64,000 bases of DNA from Felis catus (Eukaryota): assembly GCF_018350175.1 (NCBI RefSeq), contig NC_058368.1, forward strand, positions 3,658,001 through 3,722,000, read 5' to 3'. Shown piece after piece: positions 37,351 through 48,809 of the stretch (within the stretch, counting starts at the first letter, position 1; each line of letters opens with the position of its first letter). The notes beneath the pieces are model-generated. The model worked only from the letters and a program-made list of their open reading frames with translations. It was not told where the DNA came from and made no database searches. Made by a program: the position numbers and the translations under genes.

Positions 37351-39898
37351 TATTGCATCATCCATGAAAAGGGGAAAGAAAAATTACGTGCGATCGTGCC
37401 GCATACACAAAGCCATCCTTCTATACTTCTCACTTTGTATTTTGTTTGAAATTGACATAACATTTATTTCCCTAATAACCTTTCCAAATTCTTCATTTTC
37501 TAATGGTTGGTTTCCATTATAGATTGACTAACACAACTGCTTTTCTCTTTTATGTATACTTTTTAATTGTTCGAGTTCTTGCTCCCAAAACTTGTGTTTA
37601 TAAACGCAGCAGTGCAAACGCTAGATCAAATGCTGGGTCTCTTTTTAACTTTGCAAGGAAGCCTCATCCTGTCTTCCAAAGCAGCAACACCCTTTTACGT
37701 TCCCACGAACGATATGCAAGGGTTCCAATTTCTCCAGACCCACTCCAACCCTTGTTGTTTTCTGTGGTCTCAAGAAACTGTGTTTCTTTAAACTATCGAA
37801 GCTCCTTTCTTTATCTTTCTTCTCCGGGAAATGTTTGAAAACAAAACAAAACAAGCCTTTCTGCACAAAGCTGGGCGTGGTTTTCCTTTGCTCTCCTTGG
37901 TCATTCACACTTTAGGGAATATTGGTTTCAAGACCTTTTCTGAATCAGGTTTGGACTCACGAGAACACTAAGGACAGAACAATAGAGTTGCATCAAGATA
38001 AGAGGGAAAGTAGAGAGTCCAGGAAATGGGATTGGAGCCCCTCTTCATTTTTTAGAGTCTGACCAACTACCTCAGAGACAGGAGTGCTAGCCATGTTTCC
38101 AGTGTTACAGCCAAGATTGGATTTTATCATCCATAGTGACGACGAGTGAGTATTAGATTCTAGAAGGGAGGATGAATCTCTAAACTCACTGTTGTTTTGT
38201 TTTTCCGTTTGCTGTTACATTATTACAGCATCGAATGACATTTGACTCCTTTTCTTCTCTTAGAAGAAAAAAAGGACTTAGTTAATATACCTAAATAACT
38301 TCAAAAGCAGTAGTGAACCTTTGTGTTATCTTTTCAGTGAGGGAAAAAGATAGAAAATGGCATCATGTTTTATATTATGCTTTTCAAATGCTGAATGTGG
38401 TCCAGTCTGCACAATTACATACGGCTGATGACCATTTCCACTTAAACCATCAGGAGGATACTTGTTTGGGAAGACACTATTCAGTTTGTTTGATTTTTAA
38501 TTGGCAGGTAACTTACAAGGCTGTTTTTTACTGCAAAAGGCATAATTGTATTGTTTAGCAACGGGAGTGTGAAGGAGCTGGTAAAAAAAGATTATAGTGA
38601 GATATTTTAGAGACTTCATGGTTTACAGACCCTGCTAGGTATAATTATAAATGTAGCCAAGGGGAGGGAACTATGCACGCACTTCTAAACACAGACACAT
38701 AAAGATGAGCGACGAACATTCCAGGCGCCTTGGACAATGGCTCTTCTCTTTGAGATGCCGCTGACTGGGACGATTTCGGCATTTCCGGGCTTTCCTTCTC
38801 TCCTTGGTAACAAAATCAAGGCTTTCCCTTTTAGTTGGCATTAATCAGATAGAAATAGCTTTGTAGATGCGCTTTGGTTTCCTACTTTCTCAGCTATTTT
38901 CTTCACGAAGCAAACACTTCAGCTTTAAGAAATACAACTGTTTCCAACCACAAGTTTCCAGAGAAATCTTCACTCTGGAGAAAAGTTGGGCTGTGCAACT
39001 TAATCATCATGGCGTCTGTCCTCCTCACTGTGTGCTGTTATTTCTTGTTGAGTCTCATGTTCTGTGCTCTCTTGTGTTACAAGTTCTTGCTCAACCCAGT
39101 GTGAAACCTGCATCCTAGCCGGCGGAATGTGAGTTTCATCTGCCTGTTAGCGCTTCCCAGAGCACAAAATCAGGAGCCAAATGACACCATGGGGCAAGCC
39201 ACCAAGGAAGAATAAAAAGAGAAAAATCAGCACATTAATGGTCAGGAAAGAAACCGTGTTGTATCTGAGTACAGAGATGGCACCACATTCCAACATTAAC
39301 CATAGAATTCCCTCCAAAAGGAATTTTCACTGTTCTGAACCTTTTTTTTACTGTCTTCCAAAATCTTAATTTCCAGCTTGGAAAACCATTTCATACATTG
39401 GGTGATTCGGGTCGTGAAAAGAAAAGGCGGTGGAGGGAGAATTGAAACAAAGTTTAGGCCTCCTGGAAATATATCTTTCACCCAGAAAGACTTTTATCAT
39501 CAATTTGTTATACGTTAATTACTTTCTTTAGAAAAACTTCTGCAGAAGCCTTGATGAAGGCATAGCACAGCTTCAGGATTCTGTTTTAATCCTCCTACAG
39601 GTTAATTTTTTCTGTGTTATTTGATAAGACGTCTCCTTTCCTCCTGTTAATTATATTCCTCATAATTGTTTATAAAAAAAACAGGGAATTAATGTATTTG
39701 TTTTTTCCGTTTGGGTAAGAGTTATCAATTAAAAGGAAGGCACACATAAAGTGTAACAAAACAAATCGGTTTAAATGATAGCATGTTTTTTTTGCATCCG
39801 AATTTTAAATTGGCATTTCTTATTAATGAATTAGACGTAGTTAATGACGACCTAACTGAAAACGAGGTCACATTACAGCTTGTTTCATTTGGCCAGTT

Positions 39899-40113
39899 CT
39901 TTTTTTTTTTTTTTATGTTTTTATTTATTTTGAAAGAGAGAGCACATGCATGAGCGAGGGAAGAACAGAGACAGAGAGAGAGAGAATCCCAAGCAAGTTC
40001 CACACAGTCAGTGCAGAGCCCGACACAGGGCCCAAACCCACAGGCCGTGAGATCATGGCCTGAGCTGAAATCAAGAGTCAGATGCTCAACCGACTGAGCC
40101 ACCCAGGTGCCCC
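39899..40113 (-). mobile_element. CanSINE
   Basis: Consensus body; TSD tggccagttctt. Confidence 0.95.
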
Positions 40114-40610
40114 TGGCCAGTTCTTATCTGCTCCAACCAACCACCCTTCCACTCGTTTAACCCATGTTCACTGACCACTTTGAACTTGTACCAGGAATAC
40201 CCACCTGTCTGCCTAACATCACTCGCTAAAATCACTTCTACACATTCTTCATCATGAAAGATTTAGGATGTAGTTGGTACGTGGTAAGGCCGTGTTTGAA
40301 GTGTAACAGGAATATAGGAGTTGGGTCCTAACCTATCTAGGAAAATGTAAGCCCCGGAGGACCAGAGAAGAAACCACACAACATGTTGACCAATGACTTG
40401 ACTTAACATATAACAGATACTTTACACATTCTTTCAGGTGCTACAAGTATGGAAAGATAAGGAAGACACTGGATGATGAAATAATGGTCCAGGAGTTTCT
40501 TCAGGAGTCAGAAAAATGACCAAATTTAAAGAGGTGGAGGTTAGGAGAAATGAATACGTGTGTTTGTTTTCAAGAAAGTATTGCATGAATATAGTTGCTC
40601 TTCATAAAGA

Positions 40611-40839
40611 ACACCTGGGTGGCTCAATCAGACCTCAGCCTCTTGATCTTGGCTCCGGTCATGATCTCACGGTTCTTGGGATCGAGCCCCGTGTTCGGCT
40701 CTGCACCGAAAGCAGGAAGCCTGCTTGGGAATCTCTCGCTCCCTCTCTCTTCTCTGCCCCTCCCCCACTTGTGTGTGTGCTGTCTCTCTCTCTCTGTCTC
40801 TCTCTCAAAATAAGTAAACAAATAAACTTAAAAAAAAAT
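40611..40839 (+). mobile_element. CanSINE
   Basis: acacctgggtggctca...ctcaaaataagtaaacaaataaacttaaaa. Confidence 0.95.
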
Positions 40840-40859
40840 AGCAACACAATTCCCAAGAT

Positions 40860-41020
40860 CATTAGCTACCCTTTGTTGAGTGCTTATTGTGTTCCAGCCG
40901 CTTCCATGGTCACTCTTTATTTCATCTCTACTCTTCATAGAAATCCTCTAAACGGAGGCATTATAACCTCGTCAGGAGATGAAGAAAGTAAGTAAAGGAG
41001 CAAAGCTCATGGCCAAGGGC
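40860..41020. mobile_element. MIR fragment
   Basis: ttgagtgcttattgtgttccag...tttcatctctactcttcatag. Confidence 0.6.
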
Positions 41021-41719
41021 ACACCGGTCTTTCTCAAATCAGTGCCATTCTTTTTTTTATTTTTATTTTGCCTTCTGCAGTATTTAACCAGATTACATGG
41101 TTGCTGAAAATAATATGAAGACCGTACCTTTGTGAAAGGAGTCCGTAGCAATGCAATTTCAGTAATTACCCTCAAATCCTGAACTGCTGTCATGAAAAGG
41201 TTCTACACAACTTACGCGATTCAAAACCACTGACTTCTCTGGATATCCAGTTTCGTTTTTCTGCTGGTGATGTTCCACTTTGTGCTTTGAGTTTATTACT
41301 TGATTTCATGGCCCTTTGCTTCAACATTTACTTATTTCTTTTCACACGGCATTGAATTCCAAATTTTCCATTCTTCAAAAAACAACAAACAAACAAACAA
41401 ACAAAACACAAACCTTGTGCTCCTATGATAAGATTAAAGAGATTTGTTAAAGAAAAGATGGGAGATGAAAAAAGACAGTAATGGAGGGCCAGTTGTGCTT
41501 TGGACATTTTTAGGACTTTTGACTTAAACCGCTCTGACGTTTTGTACGCTACTGAGAGAAGATATTCTGCAAACAGAAGTTTTTCCCTCAGAAATGTTTG
41601 ATAACCATAAGACTTCATTCAAAATTCCTCTCCGTTAGCCACTGAATCTGGGAGAATGCATCCCTGTAGGGATGATAAGTAAGGACTGACTTTGGTAGGC
41701 AATTTGCAGGCAGCTCTTA

Positions 41720-41890
41720 TCGTATTTCTTATTTATTTTGCCTCACGAAAGAGGTACAGCTATTGCTGTTATCCACTTTTAGCAAATGAGGTAATTGAAG
41801 CTTGGGGAGTTGAAGAACTTGTCCAAGGTCAATACTCTCCGATGGTGGAGCTGTCATCCTGATAGAATTGACTACCCAAACCCATATTCT
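41720..41890. mobile_element. MIR fragment
   Basis: atccacttttagcaaatgaggtaattgaagcttggggagttgaagaacttgtccaaggtca. Confidence 0.7.
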
Positions 41891-42149
41891 TACCTCCTAC
41901 AATTACAACTTAATGGACATTGCCTATCACAAATATGAATAGTGGTTATAGATGAGTTATGGAACACAGATCAGTGATCAAGGATACAAGACATCCCTCA
42001 ACTCAGACACAAGTCGGTAAACTTGCTGTAAATGGGTGAGCACACAGACACACACATACACACACAGACACAAAGAGGTTTGTTGTTGATGAAGGTGTCG
42101 TACGAATGTAGCCAAACCCTACACATTTTTCTGAAATGTGCTCGATTTT

Positions 42150-42960
42150 TACCCATTCGTCAAAGTCCTTTCAATCCCGACTCATGTAAATCACAGCATT
42201 CTTTTGACCTCCACCATTTTGCAGTGTTTCCTCTGCTAATGACCCTTCAAATTATCTCTGGATAGTTGTTCGATTCTGCATTTAATTAAGTTCCGAGTGA
42301 TCTTACAAAACGTGTGTGTGTGCTTTTCTATCTTTTCAATCTTGCAAGTACTTCTGCAGGATAAATTCTTACAAAAAGGTGTTCCTGTAATATATAGGCT
42401 TGCACATTTAAAATATCAGTAGATATTGGCAAAATTCTCACTATCCAGAGGTGGGTATAAGTACCCATTTTCACATACTCTTGCCAACCATAACTTTTTT
42501 CCAATACCCTATTCCAATTTATTCCACGAATTATACTTAGTTTCAATTTGCATTTTTTTACTAATGTGGTTAAGTACATCCCATCTGTGAATTTCTTTTG
42601 CATATTCTTTTTTCTCATTTTTTTTCTTTGGGTTATTTGGTTTAGCTCTTTTATCTTTATGGCCTTTTATATATAATTTATATCACTCTGCATTATCTAT
42701 GTTGTAAATATTTTTTCATTCTGTCTTTCACCTTTTTAACATAGAACATCTTCTGTTCATTAAAGGATCTTACATTCGTTCATCATTATATTCCCTATTT
42801 TTTTTATATTGGTTTCATGCCAGATTTGGCAAAGCCTGCTATCCCAAGAGCATAGAACATATTTTCCTATATTTTTAATGTTATTGTTAGCTCTTTAATC
42901 CACTTGAAATTTATTCTTGTGGATGTAAGTGTGGATATAATTTTATTATCCCCCAAATGT
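42150..42960 (-). mobile_element. Very old LINE-1 (L1ME-like) fragment
   Basis: T-rich; ttttcacatactcttgccaac, ctctttaatccacttgaaatttatt. Confidence 0.6.
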
Positions 42961-42999
42961 ATAATCAGTCCCCATATAGGTTAAGAAAAGTTCTCAACA

Positions 43000-45230
43000 T
43001 CTTTAGGTCAGATTCCCAAGAAGTATATCCTGTGTTAAACAGGATTCTTACGCAAGTGATTTCTAAAGGAAGTGCTCCTATAAGAAACTTTGTAGATGGT
43101 AGGGAATGGGAAAGGCAGGAAAGGAAGGAAAGAGAAGCCAGGGGAAGGCTCAGAGAACGTTTCACAATGGAGTTGACCTCTCTGAAGGCACAGGAGCTGG
43201 GTTCTCATCCTCATATGCCAGGCTGCATCAACAGGTGCCTGAAAGGGACTTGAACTTCCAGTCACTTCTGGCTTTTGGGGCATCAGATAAAGCAGCTTCG
43301 ACAACCTAAAGGTATCCCTCTACACAAGTTTGTAGGTGTAACTATTAAAAGTGAAACACACAGAAACTAGAGAACAGGCCCATAGAAACTGTGGAAGGGA
43401 CCAAAGGGACCTGGGTGGAACATGACAGACGCTGACACTTTCTGCTACTGTCCACTCCTTTCATGCTTAGACCCATTTGTTACTTGCCCTGAGTATATGC
43501 CCTCACGTCACAGCTTCTCCCAAATTCTGGTTGTTAATATTAATTGGGGGGAAAAATCTTATAGGAGAATGGTTAGGGGGACAATGGATAGCCCATGTCT
43601 TAAGTTGGTCTCAAGGTCAAAATTATTAATATTATGTAACTTCTCTACCACCTGTTCTAGATTCTGCATAGTCTTACCTAGCATTTCTTTTTTTTAATGT
43701 TTATTAATTTACACTCAGAAAAAGGGAAAGAGAAAGAGAGAAAGTGCACATGCATGAGCAGTGGAAGGGCAGAAAGAAAGAGAGAGAGAAAGAGAGAATC
43801 CCAAGCAGGCTCCATGCCATCAATGCAGAGCCTGACATGGGGCTTGATCTCATGAGCCTGAGATCATGAGCTGAGCCAAAATCAAGAGTTGGACGCTTAA
43901 CTGACTGAGCCACCTAGGCACCCCTTACCTAGAATTTCTGCTGGACCAGATGTCTTGACTCGTAGGTGACTCAGACTTTCATCGATAAGGGATTTGAGCC
44001 TCTGTTACCGTGATCTTACCAGAATGTGGTTGCTGTAATTATCTCTTCACCGTGGATTGGACATGGAGCACCAAGTGACATCCCAGTCGATCCCATGAGT
44101 CACCTTCTCAAAGACTGATTCCTCCTTACTCGTATGTAGCTGTGACTACTTCATAATGATGCCAAAGTCAATTACCCCTATTAGTATAATACCTTCATTC
44201 TTTGCCTGTTTGCCCAATTTTAGAAGGAGACAAAGATGAGGTGGTCACAAGTAGCTTTAACTTTAACTCGATCCTTTCTGGGTTCTTGGATTGAGGTATC
44301 CTTCTTCTGGGAACGAGGACCTCTGTCCCAACACAGCCTCAAGTTGTAAGGAGGAAAGCACAAATATCCCAATGAGTCAATGAAAATAATGAGTTAGCAG
44401 AGTTATTCCAACTTCTAGTCCTCAGTTTGTGGATCCCTGTGCCCTACCTATTGATTTCATTATTATACAATGGAAGTGATTTTAAATTCCATAGCACACT
44501 TAGAGGATAGCATCCTAAACATACAGAGGCTTTCCTCCAAGCAATCGCATTAGCTGAATCATGAAAGCTCCATTTCTATGCTCTGTCAGACAGGCGGCTT
44601 GTGATGGTAGAATATGTGCTAGGAATGTGAGATCTAATAGTTATACACTCAGTGTCACAAATGCTACGCAGTGAGTGGGTCCCTTAGTCCTGGACGATGT
44701 TATGAGTGATCTCATGCCTATAAATCAGACTCTCTCTGAACCTCTGGGAAGTGGTATTATCTCAAAGGCACTGTAGGGTGGGAAGGAAAAGAAAACTCAT
44801 ATTTAGAATATGTATTGGTCCTGAGAAGACTAAATCACTTCTCTTTCCAGAGCGGAAGGCTACGTTAAAGTGAATTTGCCACCAAATGTTCTCTTTATGC
44901 GTGATACCGCATGGGGACTCAGCTTCATTCTCTTTCTGGAACATCAAAATTCCATTTGCAGTGCCAGCTAGGTTAACCCAGGTGAAGGGAAGCCCAGGCA
45001 TCCATCTCTGCCAACATGCCAGCCATGGACCCACTCTATACCCACTGGGATAGCTGACAGTTACTGCATAAGTCTTCCCGTCCAACCTCTTTCCGTATCT
45101 CCCCTGAAACATGATCTCTGACGGATATGAATGTGAAACACAAGTCACCTCACTTTGTGTCTACCTCATACATCGACCTGCCTATCTCTGCCACAAATGT
45201 CCAATGTATTTTAGGACTCTTGCCTGAATT
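43000..45230 (-). mobile_element. Old ERVL-class remnant: LTR16/LTR33-like LTR (~43000-43440) and decayed internal sequence
   Basis: ggtcagattcccaagaag...caggattcttacgcaagtgattt resembles ERVL LTR ends; internal gaggaaagcacaaatatcccaatgagtca resembles ERVL-int; recall only. Confidence 0.6.
43688..43924 (-). mobile_element. CanSINE
   Basis: TSD cttacctag(c/a)atttct. Confidence 0.95.
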
Positions 45231-45279
45231 GCCTTCATTTTTTTTTTAGACTGAATTCTCTTACTTACCTACACACCGT

Positions 45280-48073
45280 TAAATTTCTTCTGTCTTTTCG
45301 TGGCTTGATAGCTCATTTCTTTTTATCAGCGAAAAATCCATTATTGGGTGTATATAGTAATATTCCATGGTATTAATGTATCCGTTTGTTTTTCCATTCA
45401 TCTGTTTAAGGCCAACTTTGTTGCTTCCAGCCTTCGGGTATTACAAATAAAGCTTTATAAACATTTACATACAGCTTTTTGTGTGCGGGCATACGTTTTT
45501 AAATCAGTCAAGTAAACACTAGGAGTGCCATTTCTGGATCAAGTGATTAGACTATGTTTGGATTTGTAAGAGCTGCCAGATTCTCTCCCAAAGTGGTTGT
45601 ACCATTTTGGGTTCCCACTTGCAATGAATTGGAGTTACTGTTGCCCTATATCCTAGCCAATATTTGGTATCGCCAGTTTTCTGGATTTCAGTCAATCTAC
45701 TTGTTGCGTACTGGTATCTTGTTGTCTTGATTGGTCATTCCCCAATAAATAATGATGTTAAGCATCTTTACATCTGCCCATTTGCTATCTCTATTACTTC
45801 TTCGGTGAGATGTCTGCCCAGATCTTTTGGCCAATTTTTTAACCGGGCTCTCTATTTTCTTATACTGGAGTTTTAAGAGCTCTTTATAATTAGATGCAAG
45901 TCCTTTATTAGATATGTGTTTTACAAATATCTCCTCCCAGTCTGTTGCTTTTCTCTCCCTTCTCTTAACAGTTGTTTCCCACAAAGCAGGAGTTTTAAAT
46001 TTTAATACAGCTCAATTTATGAGGTCTTTTTTTTTCCTTCATGGATAAGTGGTTTTGGTGTTATATTTAATAACTCATCACAAACCCTTCTGGAAGTTTT
46101 ATACTTTTGCATTTTACGTTTAGGTCTATGTGATCCATTTTAATTCAATTTTCATAAAAGATGTAATGTCTCTGCCTAGATTCTTTTTCTTTCATTCATT
46201 CTTTTTTCTTTTCTTTCTTTTTCTTTTTACAGATGGAGATGCCATTGTTACAGCATTATTTGTTGAAAAGACGATCCTTTCTCAATTAAATTCCCTTCTC
46301 ATTTGTCTAAGATTAGTTCACCGTATTTGCATGAGTGTGTTTTGGAGTTTGTATTTTATTCCACTGATCTATATATTTTTTTTATTTTTTTTAACGTTTA
46401 TTTATTTTTGAGACAGAGAGAGACAGAGCATGAACAGGGGAGGAGCAGAGAGGGAGACACAGAATCGGAAGCAGGCTCCAGGCTCTGGGCCATCAGCCCA
46501 CAGCCCAACGCGGGGCTTGAACTCACGGACCGTGAGATCGTGACCTGAGCTGAAGTCGGACGCTCAACCTACTGAGCCACCCAGGCGCCCCTATATGTCA
46601 TTTTTTGACAAGCATCATTGTGTCTTGATTTCTACAGCTCTATAATAAGTCAAAGTCCTGCTGTGCTGGCTAATCTGGGTCTTCTACTTTCCATGTAACC
46701 TTTAGAAACACGTTGTTGCTGTTGTTGTTTGAAATTTACAACATTTCAATTTTTTGTTTTTTTTTTTTTTTGTTTTGCAAAAGGTGTTATGGTTTTAATT
46801 TCAAGGTCCATCTTTTCATTGCTGGCGTATAAGAAAGCAATTGACTTTCGTATATTACTATTGTATCATGTCAGCTTGCTTTAGTTGCTTATCACTTCCA
46901 CATGTTTTTTGTTGCTGACTTTTTAGGATCTTCTACATAAATAATCATGTCATCTGCAAGCAATCACCGTTTTATTTCTTCCTTCCCAGTCAATGTACTT
47001 TGTGTTTCCTTTTCTAGCCCTATAGCAATTACTGAGTCCCAGTATGATGTTGAATAGGAGTGAAGAGAGGAGACAGCTTGGCCATATTCCCTATTTTAGG
47101 AGGAAAACACCTTGTTTCTGATCATTAAGTATGATATTAGCTGTAGAATTATTTTGTAGGTGTGCCTTATCAAATAGAGAGAATTACCCTCTCTTCCCAC
47201 TTTGCTCAAAGTTTTTATGAATAATTGATGATCTTTTAAATGCTATTTATACAACAATCGATATCATCATATGAGTTTTCCTCTTAGTCTGTTGATACAA
47301 CGGGTTACATTAATTGATTTTCAAATGCTAAATCTGCCTTGTGTAACTGGAATAAATCTCCCTTGGTCATTGTGCATAATTCTTCTTACACATTGTTTGG
47401 TTCAATTTACTAATATTTAAGTGCGGATTTTTCTAAATATCAGTTTATGAGAGACATTGGTCTGCAGGTTTCCTTTTTTTCTGTTGTCTTTATCTAGTTT
47501 TATATTACAGTAATGCTGATCTTATAAAAGGAGTATGGAAGTATTCCCTCTGCTTCTATTTTCTGGAAGAAATTTTGGAGAATTGGTCTCATTTATTCAA
47601 TAAATGTTTAGTGGAATTCACCAGTAAAACCATCTGAGTCCGTTGTTTTCTTTTTTAGAAGGTTATTATTTTTTTTATTCAATTCCTGTAATAGACACCT
47701 ATTCTGATTATCTATTTCTCCTTGTATTTTTTGGCAATTTGTGTTTTACAAGGAATTGGTTCATTTCATATATGTTATTACATTTGGGGCATATTAGTCG
47801 CTTACAATATCCCTTTATTATCGTTTTAATGAGCAATAGTAATGGTCTTGCTTTCATTTCTGATATTATTAGTTTATCCTTTCTTTTTTTTTTCTTGGTT
47901 ACCCTAAGTAGAGCTTTATGAATTCATCAATCTTTTCAAATAATTTGAATTTTATTTCCTCTATTGATTTCTTGTTGTTGTTGTTGTTTTTTAATTTCAT
48001 TGCTTGTGGCTGTTTTTTGTTGTTGTTGTCGTTATTTATTTTCTTCTGGTTGCTATAGAATTAAACTGCTCTA
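45280..48073 (-). mobile_element. Old LINE-1 (L1M-class) 3' end through ORF2
   Basis: Minus ORF KATDWEEIFVKHISNKGL; aatcatgtcatctgcaa (FADD region); tatgatgttgaataggagtg. Confidence 0.9.
46377..46591 (-). mobile_element. Young CanSINE (SINEC_Fc)
   Basis: Near-consensus with CpGs retained. Confidence 0.97.
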
Positions 48074-48216
48074 GGGGCGCCTAGGTGGCTCAGTCGGTTG
48101 AACGTTGGACTTAGGCTCAGGTCATAATCTCACTGTCCGTGAGTTCAAGCCCCGCTTCAGCTCTGCGCTGACAGCTCAGAGCCTGAAGCCTGCTTCGGAT
48201 TCTGTGTCTCCCTCTC
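48074..48216 (+). mobile_element. CanSINE cut off at the CT tract and fused to an antisense L1 piece
   Basis: ggggcgcctaggtggctcag...ttctgtgtctccctctc directly followed by L1 ORF2 on the minus strand. Confidence 0.9.
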
Positions 48217-48693
48217 CAGAGACATAGCAAGTAAGAACTTGCTCAGCCAGGTCAAAGAGGTTGTTTCCTGTTTTGTCCTCCAGGATTTTGATGGCTTCCT
48301 GTCTTTTGTTCAGGTCTTTCATCCATTTGGAGTTTATTTCTGTGTATGGTGTAAGAAAGCGGCCCAGGTTCATTCTTCTGCATGTCGCTGTCCAGTTTGC
48401 CCAACACCATTTGTTGAAGAGACTGTCTTTTTCCCATTGGATATTCTTTCCTGCTGGGTTGAAGATTAGTTGGCCATACATTTGTGGAGTCCATTTCTGG
48501 TTCTCTATTCTGCTCCATTGATCTATGTGTCCATTTTTGTGCCAGCACCATACTGTCTTGATGGTTACAGCTTTGCAATACAGCTTGAAGTCTGGGATTG
48601 TGATGCCTCCTGCTTTAGTTTTCCTTCTCAGGATTGCTTTGACTATTCAGGGTCTTTTCTCGTTCCATACAAATTTTAGAATTGTTTGTTCTA
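48216..48693 (-). mobile_element. Young carnivore L1 ORF2 internal fragment
   Basis: Minus [41 protein letters not shown]. Confidence 0.95.
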
Positions 48694-48708
48694 ATATGTA
48701 GGTTGCTT

Positions 48709-48804
48709 TATTCACCGTGACCAAGTGGGATTTATACCTGGGGTTGCAGGGCTGGTTCAATACCTGCAAAACGATCAGTGTGATACATCACATCACGAAA
48801 AGAA
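48709..48804 (+). mobile_element. Short sense L1 ORF2 fragment
   Basis: attcaccgtgaccaagtgggatttatacctgggg...ggctggttcaata = IH(R)DQVGFIPG..GWFN. Confidence 0.9.
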
Positions 48805-48809
48805 TCATT

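Noticed and set aside
40516..40995. 159-aa ORF
   Set aside because: Mostly CanSINE and MIR sequence.
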